Shown: positions 28,311 through 36,716 of the stretch, in pieces
How positions within the stretch are numbered: position 1 is the first letter of the stretch
How the letters are laid out: every line of letters starts with the position of its first letter
From: Gemmatimonadota bacterium
GTDB taxonomy: Bacteria; Gemmatimonadota; Gemmatimonadetes; Gemmatimonadales; GWC2-71-9
Direction: 5' to 3'
Length of the DNA stretch: 64,000 nt
NCBI GenBank assembly: GCA_036679605.1
Contig: JAZDCZ010000123.1
Coordinates: 34,571-98,570, forward strand
Translations under genes and position numbers: made by a program
The notes under the pieces: generated by a model
The model's input: only the letters and a program-made list of their open reading frames with translations
Told to the model about the DNA's origin: nothing
The model's database searches: none

Positions 28311-28369
28311 TGGGAAGTCTTCGCCTTGACCGGACACAAGCCCGGCGTTGACGAATATCAAGATGTCAA
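28311..28369. promoter_or_regulatory. Promoter element copy 1 with tandem FNR-like boxes
   Basis: TTGAC-CGGA-CACAA (28326-28339) and TTGAC-GAAT-ATCAA (28348-28361); minus-strand TATACT at 28297-28302. Confidence 0.7.
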
Positions 28370-29109
28370 AGTCCAGCCACTCGCTGCAAGGAGTCGACGT
28401 CCCGGATCCGGATGCGCGAATCGTGCATCTCGATGATGCCGCGCACTTTGAGTTCGCTACGGGCCCGGCAAACGGTTTCTGGTGAGAGTCCGAGAATGCC
28501 ACCCAAGTCCCCCAAGGTCAGGTCGTCGGGCGCCGTGGCGTCGTCCGTAGAATTGCTTTGCGACGACACATGAAGGATGTATCCGGCCAGTCTTGCGGAG
28601 GCGCTCGGAACTCCTAGAAACGCCTGCTGTTCTCGCGTGCGGCAGAGTTGCCGGTGCAGATAACGAGTCAGGTCCACAGCAATGCCGGGTACTTCGGCCA
28701 TCAATCTCTTCAACTCGTCCCCCGACGCAAGACACAGCTCGGCATCCGTCAACGCCTCGGCGCCGGTAGCGTAGGTGCTGTCGAAGACCGCTTCAAAACC
28801 GAACAGGTCGCCGGATTCCAGAACCGCCGCAACGTGTTCGCGACCGCTAGCGTCTAGCTTGACCAGCTTGATTCTGCCCGAGCGGATGGCATATAGATGC
28901 GCAGACCTGTTCCCCTCGGTGTATAGGATTTGACGCCGCCTGACCCGGTTGAGCCACATTCGCTCGCATATCGAGTCAATCGTTGAAGCCGGTAGCGCTG
29001 CAGCACGAAGACCCTTGAGGAGAATGCAACTGCGGCAGTCAGACGTGCGGGTTTTGCGCCCTGGAATGCGCGGAACGAATTGGCTCCTTAAGACATGCTT
29101 CTGTCGCAT
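28366..29109 (-). CDS. Crp/Fnr-family regulator, FNR-like Cys pattern
   Basis: N-terminal CRSC...C, SGRIKL..GREH..GDLFG, AELC, recognition helix LGLSPETVCR. Confidence 0.9.
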   Translation of the reverse strand: MRQKHVLRSQFVPRIPGRKTRTSDCRSCILLKGLRAAALPASTIDSICERMWLNRVRRRQILYTEGNRSAHLYAIRSGRIKLVKLDASGREHVAAVLESGDLFGFEAVFDSTYATGAEALTDAELCLASGDELKRLMAEVPGIAVDLTRYLHRQLCRTREQQAFLGVPSASARLAGYILHVSSQSNSTDDATAPDDLTLGDLGGILGLSPETVCRARSELKVRGIIEMHDSRIRIRDVDSLQRVAGL

Positions 29110-29179
29110 ACGGCAGTGCTCCCTTCGAGTTGACCACCCGTCAGCTAAAGACTAACCGACTTGGGCCGCGACGACCAGC

Positions 29180-30460
29180 CTAGAACCGCACCATGGCCTG
29201 CAGGAACGCCCATTGGAGATTGTCGTCCCCCAAGCCCGCGGCTGCAGCACCCGAGTTAGGCTCGAACACGCCGAACCCACCGAGTAGCGTCAAACCCGGG
29301 GCCAGAACACGACCTGCCGTAACGTCTAACTCCACACCGATGTTACGTTCACCACTCGGGGCTTTGCGCCCAAGCTGAAAGCGATGCAAATCAGATCGGA
29401 CCGTCCATGGGCCGGGGCGCACCGAAGCCCGCAGCATCGTGTCGAACAGACCCAAAAAACCCGTCTGTGAAGACGGCGCCAGGAACAGGTCCATGTATCC
29501 GTAGAAAGCATGGTTGGTTGCGTAGAGCGTATTGAAAGTCGAGTGGGTATCATCGAGCGGCGACTTGTCACCCGATAGGTAATCTGCCTGCACCGCAAGT
29601 GTAGGACGGAGTTCGCCCTGTAAGGCGTAGGACACATTGCCCGTCAACATGTATGCGGCGATGTCCTGCCGAGCAGCCGCCGTTGGAGTTTGACGCCCTA
29701 GTTGGGCAGCGGCCATTCCCTTGATGCTCAAGCTCCCGAGAGTGTGCACGCCCTGAGCACCTAGCGTGTAGCGGTCGATGTTGTCAAATGCTGCTGTGCT
29801 GGCGTTCCGATCGGCCAGAGCGAACAGTTCAACGGGTCCCCTCTTGAACCATGTTCCGAAGAACGTGCGGTCCGTATCCTCACCCTCGTTCTGTCGCGGA
29901 TTCAGCCCAGTCGCAAGAGTTGCGTCGTTCTCAGTGAGAACCATGGCGAACGCGTCCAGCGTCCATGAACCCCGATCCACGGTGGCCTTGAGTCCGTCGA
30001 ACGCCCGCGTGACGTTCGCCCAATTTACCGTTCCCACCAGACGCTGGTCCGCGAAGGCCAGTTCCTGTCGGCCAATTCGCAGTGTAACGTCGCTCCAGGG
30101 TTTCCAGGCCAGATACGCCTGATGAAGGTCCAGTCGATCCGCGCTGGCATCCGTCAGGGTGTTTAGCTCTTCACCAAATATGCGGGAGTCCGAAATCTGG
30201 ATGAATGCGCTCACCTTGGAGCTTGGAGTGGCGAACAAACTGATTCGAGTGCGGAGAAGTGTAGCCGCATCCGGATCCGTGCCCGACGTACGATTGTCCG
30301 CCTCCCCCCGAACCCGTATTTCTCCACTGAGTGTGATGTTCTCAGAAAGTGTTTGTGCAAAGGCAAGTGATGAGAAAGACAGAAATGCGAGCACCACGCC
30401 AAGTAGCGCGATTGCCGGGTTTCCAGTGATTCGACGGTGATCTGAGGTCACGGGACCCAT
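29180..30460 (-). CDS. Alginate-export-family outer-membrane beta-barrel
   Basis: SGEIRVRGE, LDLHQAY, RIGRQEL..ADQRLVG..NW....FDG, DYLSGD, YGYMD; ends MVRF. Start re-placed downstream of the duplicated promoter. Confidence 0.8.
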   Translation of the reverse strand: MGPVTSDHRRITGNPAIALLGVVLAFLSFSSLAFAQTLSENITLSGEIRVRGEADNRTSGTDPDAATLLRTRISLFATPSSKVSAFIQISDSRIFGEELNTLTDASADRLDLHQAYLAWKPWSDVTLRIGRQELAFADQRLVGTVNWANVTRAFDGLKATVDRGSWTLDAFAMVLTENDATLATGLNPRQNEGEDTDRTFFGTWFKRGPVELFALADRNASTAAFDNIDRYTLGAQGVHTLGSLSIKGMAAAQLGRQTPTAAARQDIAAYMLTGNVSYALQGELRPTLAVQADYLSGDKSPLDDTHSTFNTLYATNHAFYGYMDLFLAPSSQTGFLGLFDTMLRASVRPGPWTVRSDLHRFQLGRKAPSGERNIGVELDVTAGRVLAPGLTLLGGFGVFEPNSGAAAAGLGDDNLQWAFLQAMVRF

Positions 30461-30505
30461 CCTATTCAGAGGACAAGTGAGAAGAGCAACAATAGTGGAC
30501 AAGTA

Positions 30506-30564
30506 TGGGAAGTCTACGCCTTGACCGGGCACAAGCGGGACCTTGACGGATATCATGGTGTCAA
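30506..30564. promoter_or_regulatory. Promoter element copy 2 with tandem FNR-like boxes
   Basis: 50/59 identical to 28311-28369; TTGAC-CGGG-CACAA (30521-30534) and TTGAC-GGAT-ATCAT (30543-30556). Confidence 0.65.
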
Positions 30565-30655
30565 CATGGGCTGGGGCGTTCAAGCAACAAGCTGACGCAC
30601 CGCTCATTTCCGGCCGGACAATTCTGGTTTCCATTGTCCGTATTATGCGGCTTGG

Positions 30656-30696
30656 ATATTAAACCGGCTTGAACGCTTTATGAAGGGACCGTTAAC
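30656..30696. promoter_or_regulatory. 11-bp-period direct repeats (ATATTAAA/GCTTGAAC/TTATGAAG/CCGTTAAC)
   Basis: Units at 30656, 30667, 30678, 30689. Confidence 0.5.
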
Positions 30697-30714
30697 GGGG
30701 GCCCCGCTCCGGGC

Positions 30715-31938
30715 TCAGTTGACCGAAATGGTTTCTCTTTCCTTCCGCACCGTCCGCACGAACTGCCCAAAATGAATACACTCCTCCAAACGACATGACC
30801 AAGCGAGTTCACCCTTCCAAACGGTCATGTCCGGGCAACCATCGCACATGTTTTGACGGCCGTCGGCCAGAATGTCGACTGGCTGAATGATCATGATCGA
30901 CTGAAGGTGGGCCCGCCTAAACAACAGAGTGGGATCGCGCAGCGCCCGCAAGAACGCACGTCGCATCCCCCTGTCGAACGGCCACAACCACATCAAAGAT
31001 CTGCCGCGTTTGAGTGTGGACGGTGGCGAGTACGCCATGTACTTGCCGGTCTGCAGATGGTGCAGAGTCTGAGCGATTTCGATGAACTTTGGTCCAGGGT
31101 GTCCGTAGATTCGCTTTGAGGTGCCTATTCGCAGCGACAGGAGCCACTTGAAGGAATCGGGCTTCTCTGTGCCGTTGAGGTATGCGCATGGAGAGAAGTC
31201 GGGATAGGGCTCTCTAATTTTATCAACAACATCCATCGCAGAAATATCTATTTGCTTACCCGTCTGTTCATCATACGCCAGTTCGCCCATATCGACTCTG
31301 CGCCCGCCGGCGTAGTACTCGAAATCGCTGTCCATCGTGGGTTCACGATAGCAGATGAAGACCATGACGTGCACGATGTCGATGTGCTTCTGGGCCCAGG
31401 TAACCAAGTCGGGCACGGCATCGAGGGTATCACCATAAACCGTGGAGTTGAAGGCACACGACAGACCCCCCACGCGCGCAACCATCTCTGCATAGTGGAG
31501 GCGTAGCTCGTTGTGCTCCTGCTCCGTCTTGTTCTTCCACTTTGGCCTGTGCTGCTTGCTGTCTATATGAAAAGTCATGCCCTTGAGCCCGGCACGCTTC
31601 ATATCTCGCAGGAGTTCCTCGTTCAGCGCCAATCCGTTCGTATTGACGATCGGCTTCCAGCCACGCTCGGCCACCATCCGCACGATATCTACAATGTTCG
31701 GATGAGTAAGGGGCTCACCACCAGCGATCGAAATGCCGTCGACCGTCCGTGTGCGCTCGAAGACGTCCAAATCGTCGGCTACCACTTGCAACGACTTGTG
31801 TTCGTTTATGTTGGCGTGATAGCACCCCTCACACGCCAGGTTGCACTTGGCGGTGGGTTCGAGCCACGCTATGGAGTTGTCGGGCAAGTTCCAAGGCAGG
31901 CGGTATAGCTTTCTATGATCCAATGCTGCTTTGCTCAC
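30715..31938 (-). CDS. Radical SAM protein of unknown function
   Basis: CNLACEGC, IAGGEPL.HP, NTNG; C-terminal CDGCPD...SCRLEEC. GTG start at 31938. Confidence 0.85.
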   Translation of the reverse strand: MSKAALDHRKLYRLPWNLPDNSIAWLEPTAKCNLACEGCYHANINEHKSLQVVADDLDVFERTRTVDGISIAGGEPLTHPNIVDIVRMVAERGWKPIVNTNGLALNEELLRDMKRAGLKGMTFHIDSKQHRPKWKNKTEQEHNELRLHYAEMVARVGGLSCAFNSTVYGDTLDAVPDLVTWAQKHIDIVHVMVFICYREPTMDSDFEYYAGGRRVDMGELAYDEQTGKQIDISAMDVVDKIREPYPDFSPCAYLNGTEKPDSFKWLLSLRIGTSKRIYGHPGPKFIEIAQTLHHLQTGKYMAYSPPSTLKRGRSLMWLWPFDRGMRRAFLRALRDPTLLFRRAHLQSIMIIQPVDILADGRQNMCDGCPDMTVWKGELAWSCRLEECIHFGQFVRTVRKERETISVN

Positions 31939-32092
31939 AGGTCCCTCCGATTTCTCGGTTGTGTGCGAAGGTCTAGTTATGGAAACAAAAATACAGGCTG
32001 GCGCTGTAAGCGAGTGGACAATTACCCGCCCGCCGGGGCGCAACCAGACCCCGCGGCTGTGGCGTGCTAAGCTTTAATTTTTACTCAGGCAA

Positions 32093-32122
32093 CCAGTAAG
32101 AAATCATGAAGGGTTTATGAAG
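32093..32122. promoter_or_regulatory. 11-bp-period direct repeats (CCAGTAAG/TCATGAAG/TTATGAAG)
   Basis: Units at 32093, 32104, 32115, plus an in-phase GCTTTAAT at 32071. Confidence 0.5.
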
Positions 32123-32288
32123 ACCTGCCTTGTCGGCTGCGGACGTACCAAACGATGGTTACTCCAACCACGATCAACTGCGTGCCCACCAGAACGACTC
32201 CGCCCAGTATCATACCCCCCGTCATAGATGCCACCCGTGAACTATCCGGTAGGATCGCCGAACCGATCGTGAATAACGAATGAACCAT
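32115..32288 (-). CDS. Small single-TM protein at the end of the cox operon
   Basis: 57 aa, MVHSLFTIGSAILPDSSRVASMTGGMILGGVVLVGTQLIVVGVTIVWYVRSRQGRSS; starts 6 bp after the subunit IV stop; below the ORF-track cutoff. Confidence 0.55.
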   Translation of the reverse strand: MVHSLFTIGSAILPDSSRVASMTGGMILGGVVLVGTQLIVVGVTIVWYVRSRQGRSS

Positions 32289-32294
32289 GACGTC

Positions 32295-32591
32295 CTACTT
32301 CGGGGCCAGCCTCAGCATTGAGATACCATCAGGTGCTATAAGAACAAACAACGTAAGTGCGGTGGCGAGGGTTCCCGCGACAACGCACCATACTAGCGCC
32401 GCCCGCTCAAACCTGAGATGCATGAACCAAGCTCCTATCAGACCGGCCTTGACCAACATCGCTCCGATCAAGAAGACGAGAGTCAGGACTCCGGACAGCG
32501 GAGCCGCCTCTATGAGGAGCATGAACATGGTCAAGACCAGCAGAACCGCCCAAATCCCCCAATAAGTTCGATACGATGCGCCTTGCTCCAT
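32295..32591 (-). CDS. Cytochrome c oxidase subunit IV family protein
   Basis: Y..IWAVLLVLT...KAGLIGAWFMHLRFE. Confidence 0.85.
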   Translation of the reverse strand: MEQGASYRTYWGIWAVLLVLTMFMLLIEAAPLSGVLTLVFLIGAMLVKAGLIGAWFMHLRFERAALVWCVVAGTLATALTLFVLIAPDGISMLRLAPK

Positions 32592-32601
32592 GATTTCTCT
32601 C

Positions 32602-33210
32602 TTAAACGAGGTAGAAAAAAGTAAAAATGAAAACCCACACCAAATCTACGAAGTGCCAATAGAGTCCAACAAGCTCAACCCCCGGTCCGGCCGTGCGTCC
32701 CCCCTTTACTCGGGCAGCTACCACAGAAAGTAGAATCACACCTATCAGAACGTGTGTTCCATGGAATCCCGTGATCATAAAAAAGAAGGCCGAGAATGCC
32801 GCCGTACCCCACGGATTCGCGGTGAGTCTTGCGCCTTCCTGTATCAGGTTGGTCCACTCGTAGGCCTGCATGCCGAGGAACAGCGCGCCCCCCAATGCTG
32901 TAAACAACACAAACCTTGCGGCAGTCTTGAGATCTCCTTTGTGGGCCGCGCTCACCGCTGTCGCCATCGTCGCGCTCGATGTAATCAACACGAACGTCAT
33001 CACACCGATGAGCGCCATCGTAAACACTTCACCTCGGTCAGGCCACGTAGGACTGGCCAACCGCTCGAATCCGTAGGCTGCCAGGAAGCCGGCGAACAGC
33101 AACGCATCGGTTACGAGGAAGAACCACATCATCAACTTCTGCCACGACACGTCGAAGGGAGACACGCCCCCCTGCCAATGAGTGTCTGTGGTCGAGGCTC
33201 CGGTGGTCAT
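32602..33210 (-). CDS. Heme-copper oxidase subunit III
   Basis: KLMMWFFLVTDALLFAG, QAYEW, FFMITGFHGTHV, GLYWHFVDLVW. Confidence 0.9.
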   Translation of the reverse strand: MTTGASTTDTHWQGGVSPFDVSWQKLMMWFFLVTDALLFAGFLAAYGFERLASPTWPDRGEVFTMALIGVMTFVLITSSATMATAVSAAHKGDLKTAARFVLFTALGGALFLGMQAYEWTNLIQEGARLTANPWGTAAFSAFFFMITGFHGTHVLIGVILLSVVAARVKGGRTAGPGVELVGLYWHFVDLVWVFIFTFFYLV

Positions 33211-33221
33211 CGTCGATCCTT

Positions 33222-33824
33222 TCACAGGGTCAGCAGCAGAACCAGAAGGTACGCCCAGACAGCACCTACGAAGTGCCAATATATCGCTGTGTGCGTTAGG
33301 CCCGCGTGGTGAGCACCGCTATACGCTCCGCGGTGGGCACGGTGTGAACTCCACTGAAGCGCGACGAGCCCGCCGATTACATGCAGTCCATGCACGCCGG
33401 AAAGCATATAGAAGAACGCGGCATGAGGGCCAGTGGGTAGAAAAACATCCTGCGCGATTAGAGTCTTCCACGCCCAAATCTGGCCACCAAGAAACACAAC
33501 GCCCAGTAGTCCGGCCAACGCAAGCCAGCGGGCTGTGGCCGAAGAGACTTCACGACGAACTGCCGCCCGCGCCATCTCGACGGCCGCACTCGAGAGTGCT
33601 AGAACTGCTGTATTAGCCCAAAGAATCGCGGGGAGATGAACCTGAGACCAGTCATTTCCTGTCCGCCGTACAAGCATAGCCGCGGTGAACGCTGCAAACA
33701 GCATCGACACCGTCGCCAATAATCCCATCAACCCTACTGGATAGGGACCGGCCGTACGCAAGGCGTCAGCTTGATTCGGCAAGAACTCGTCGGCGGGCAC
33801 GCTGCCACCTGCAGCGGAAATCAT
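33222..33824 (-). CDS. Heme-copper oxidase subunit III-like (second copy)
   Basis: MLFAAFT, NTAVLALSS, FFYMLSGVHGLHV, YWHFV. Confidence 0.85.
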   Translation of the reverse strand: MISAAGGSVPADEFLPNQADALRTAGPYPVGLMGLLATVSMLFAAFTAAMLVRRTGNDWSQVHLPAILWANTAVLALSSAAVEMARAAVRREVSSATARWLALAGLLGVVFLGGQIWAWKTLIAQDVFLPTGPHAAFFYMLSGVHGLHVIGGLVALQWSSHRAHRGAYSGAHHAGLTHTAIYWHFVGAVWAYLLVLLLTL

Positions 33825-35578
33825 GCTTCCACCTCTGCCACTTCCGTATCGGGCATCGTCTGCGGGGCATAGCCGTCCGGGGCATCATTTACCCGGTATT
33901 CGTAAGGCCCGCGGTAAACCACCGGTAGTTCCTGCCAGTTGAGATGTGGTGGCGGTGAGTCCGTCGTCCACTCCAGCGTGGCACTCTCCCATGGATTGGG
34001 GCCCACGGGTTCCTTCTTACGAAAGACACTCCAAAAGAAATTGATGAGAAAGATTGCCTGGGCCGCAACCGAAACAAACAGTAGGCCGCTAATGATGACG
34101 TTTAACCACTGCAGGGATGCAGTGGTCTCGTACACTGTGGGATCGTAGACACGACGCAGGTGACCGCCCAGTCCTAGAAAATGCATGAACAGAAAGGCCG
34201 GGAAGACTGTTAGCGAGGTCAGCCAAAAATGTACCTTGCCCCAAAATTCGTTCATGAACCCGCCGAACATCTTGGGAAACCAATAGTAGACCGCCGTGAA
34301 GATTCCAAACGACGTAACAACTCCGATCATGAAGTGGAAATGTCCCACGACAAAATAGGTGTCATGTAGATACATATCTGATGTAGCAGTTCCGAGCCAC
34401 AATCCTCCAAGGCCGCCGATGCCGACAGCAGCCGCGAGTCCCAGCGCAAACAGCATCGGTACTCGGAGTCTGATCTGAGCGCGCCAGAGGCTGGCGATCA
34501 GATTCATCGCAAGCACGGCAAACGGTATCGTAATCAACACTGTAACTATGGAGAAATACTCGCCCAGATAAGGATTCATGCCGCTTGTGAACATGTGGTG
34601 GCCCCATACGATCATGCTCATCACCGCAATCACCAGCAGTGACCAAACCGAGGTGCGATACCCGAACACCGGACGACGTCCGAACGTTGCTATGACGTCA
34701 AAGGCTATTCCCAGCGCCGGTAACATGAGCACGTAAACCTCGGGATGCCCGAGAAACCAGAACAAGTGCTGGAACAGCAACGGCGTCCCACCCTCATTCG
34801 ACAACACCTTACCGCCCAGCACTAGCCCTGCGGGTAGGAAAAAACTCGTACCCCCGTGCCTGTCGAAGAGGAGCATTATTGCGGCGGCGGTAAGTGCAGG
34901 AAACGACAGTAGACCTAATATCGACGCGATAAACATCGTCCAAATGGTCATCGACATCCGGAACATCGAGAGTCCGAGCGTACGAAGGTTCAATATCGTC
35001 GTCACGAAATTGAGGCCACCCATCGTGAACGAGACGATGAAGAGAGCCATGGCCAGAAGCCATATGGACTGACCGAGCCCCGACCCAGGGATGGCCTCCG
35101 GCAGCGCAGAAAGCGGAGGATAGACCGTCCAACCAGCTGCTGCGGCACCCTCTGGCACGAAAAACGAGCCAAGCATGAGGATGCTCGCCGGAACTATGAT
35201 CCAATAGGACAGCATATTGAGAAAAGGATAGGCCATATCGCGAGCACCGACATGCAGCGGGATGATGAAGTTCCCGATACCGCTTACTAGCGCGAGGGAA
35301 ATCACGAAGAACACCATCAACGATCCATGCATTGTGACTAAACTCAAGTAGCGTTCCGGGAGCAAGACACCGCTCTCGTAAAGTCCTGGAAACAGTGTGC
35401 TCAAAATCGGCCAGGTTCCCTCCGGCCACGACACCTGCACGCGTATCAGTACCGACCAAGTCACCGCGAATAGCCCCATGAACATGGCGGTCAACAGATA
35501 TTGCTTGCCGATCATCTTGTGATCGGTACTAAAAATATATTTTCTCAGGAAACTCTGTTCCGCATGTGTATCGCTCAT
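33821..35578 (-). CDS. coxA: A1-type heme-copper oxidase subunit I with substituted K-channel
   Basis: TDHK.IG, TMHG, DMAYPFLN, GWTVYPPL, FWFLGHPEVY, VWGHH, HDTYFVVGHFH, LRRVY. ATGA overlap start at 35578. Confidence 0.92.
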   Translation of the reverse strand: MSDTHAEQSFLRKYIFSTDHKMIGKQYLLTAMFMGLFAVTWSVLIRVQVSWPEGTWPILSTLFPGLYESGVLLPERYLSLVTMHGSLMVFFVISLALVSGIGNFIIPLHVGARDMAYPFLNMLSYWIIVPASILMLGSFFVPEGAAAAGWTVYPPLSALPEAIPGSGLGQSIWLLAMALFIVSFTMGGLNFVTTILNLRTLGLSMFRMSMTIWTMFIASILGLLSFPALTAAAIMLLFDRHGGTSFFLPAGLVLGGKVLSNEGGTPLLFQHLFWFLGHPEVYVLMLPALGIAFDVIATFGRRPVFGYRTSVWSLLVIAVMSMIVWGHHMFTSGMNPYLGEYFSIVTVLITIPFAVLAMNLIASLWRAQIRLRVPMLFALGLAAAVGIGGLGGLWLGTATSDMYLHDTYFVVGHFHFMIGVVTSFGIFTAVYYWFPKMFGGFMNEFWGKVHFWLTSLTVFPAFLFMHFLGLGGHLRRVYDPTVYETTASLQWLNVIISGLLFVSVAAQAIFLINFFWSVFRKKEPVGPNPWESATLEWTTDSPPPHLNWQELPVVYRGPYEYRVNDAPDGYAPQTMPDTEVAEVEA

Positions 35579-36402
35579 TGCATCCATCCCGGCTGGCTTT
35601 CGAGCCACCTTTGAAATTCTTCTGTTTCGTACACAATCACGGTGCCTCGCATGCGATAGTGACCCATGCCGCAGAGTTCGGCACATCCAATATCGTATTC
35701 ACCCGCACGAGTCGGCACGAACTTAGTGCTTCCAATTATGCCGGGCACGATGTCCTGCTTGACACGAAACGCCGCGACTGAGAAGCTGTGCAGCACGTCG
35801 CGCGAACGCAGTCGTAGAAAAATTGTCCGGTTCACCGGAACGTGTAGCCGGTTGCGAACTACAATGTCGTCCTGAGCCGCTGGATCAGATCGATCGATGC
35901 CCACTGGATTGGTAGTCTGATGAATAAGGTGCGGATCGACACGGCCGAACTCACCATCGGCACCTGGGTATCTAATGATCCACTCGAACTGCTGCGCGGT
36001 TACTTCCACTACGAGAGCGTCAGCAGGTGGTGGCCCATACACCTGCTCCCACACTGGCAGCCCCTTGACGAGCACCCCTGCCTCAGCAATCAGAGCCATG
36101 CCCAACACCGGCACCAACGACCACCAACGCTCCGATTTGATACTCGTCTTTGGCGATCCGGTCGGACGGCCCCGCCCAAAGCGCCACAGAAACCAAACAA
36201 AGACCAGCGTACCGATCGCCAGGACGGTCCCAGTACTAATGATTAGGTAGCGGATCACCCCATCCACCCCAACGCCATGCTCCGAAGCGACCTCGGGCAT
36301 CCAACTCTTGGCCCCGAACCCGACGAACGCCATCCCCGAGATCCCGAGGAAAAGGAGGATGAGCGCTATTATCTCAGGAGTTTGCTTGGAATTTTCCTTC
36401 AC
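35575..36402 (-). CDS. coxB: Cytochrome c oxidase subunit II (CuA)
   Basis: QQFEW, DVLHSF..KQD.VPG, CAELCGMGHYRM. Confidence 0.92.
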   Translation of the reverse strand: MKENSKQTPEIIALILLFLGISGMAFVGFGAKSWMPEVASEHGVGVDGVIRYLIISTGTVLAIGTLVFVWFLWRFGRGRPTGSPKTSIKSERWWSLVPVLGMALIAEAGVLVKGLPVWEQVYGPPPADALVVEVTAQQFEWIIRYPGADGEFGRVDPHLIHQTTNPVGIDRSDPAAQDDIVVRNRLHVPVNRTIFLRLRSRDVLHSFSVAAFRVKQDIVPGIIGSTKFVPTRAGEYDIGCAELCGMGHYRMRGTVIVYETEEFQRWLESQPGWMQ

Positions 36403-36623
36403 TTGTGCCTCTGCAAGTCACCTGCAGCGTTGAGGCGCTTGACCATCTCGACCTCCCTAAAAATTACTAGAGAATGCAGGGGTAAAGCCCCTGCCGGTCA
36501 CTAATTTGTACTGCTTGAATCTTTCGCACCCGCCGGATGGAATCCCGCGGCTGTCCCCATGCGATAAGGCTTCGCGCCGCTCTCAATGTGCGGCACGTGT
36601 AACGCATATACATGGGTCCAGAA

Positions 36624-36653
36624 AGATGAAGAAACTCTGAAGTTTCTATTAAG
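36624..36653. promoter_or_regulatory. 11-bp-period direct repeats (AGATGAAG/CTCTGAAG/CTATTAAG)
   Basis: Units at 36624, 36635, 36646 between the divergent coxB and kinase genes. Confidence 0.5.
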
Positions 36654-36716
36654 ACAAAGGCATTTCCATGGGAACACCATGGTGGCCCTGGCCGTTGAAA
36701 GGGGAAACCCAAGGAG

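Noticed and set aside
30461..30634. N-terminal extension of the alginate-export ORF (similar upstream extensions on ORFs ending at 11210, 13302, 14641, 20801, 35686, 40396, 52750)
   Set aside because: These extensions overlap promoters or upstream genes; downstream starts have an RBS, a stop/start overlap or restore the signal peptide.
36591..36606. Plus-strand sigma54-like CGGCACG-N4-ACGCA
   Set aside because: Spacing is correct but the -12 element is poor and no matching enhancer motif was seen.
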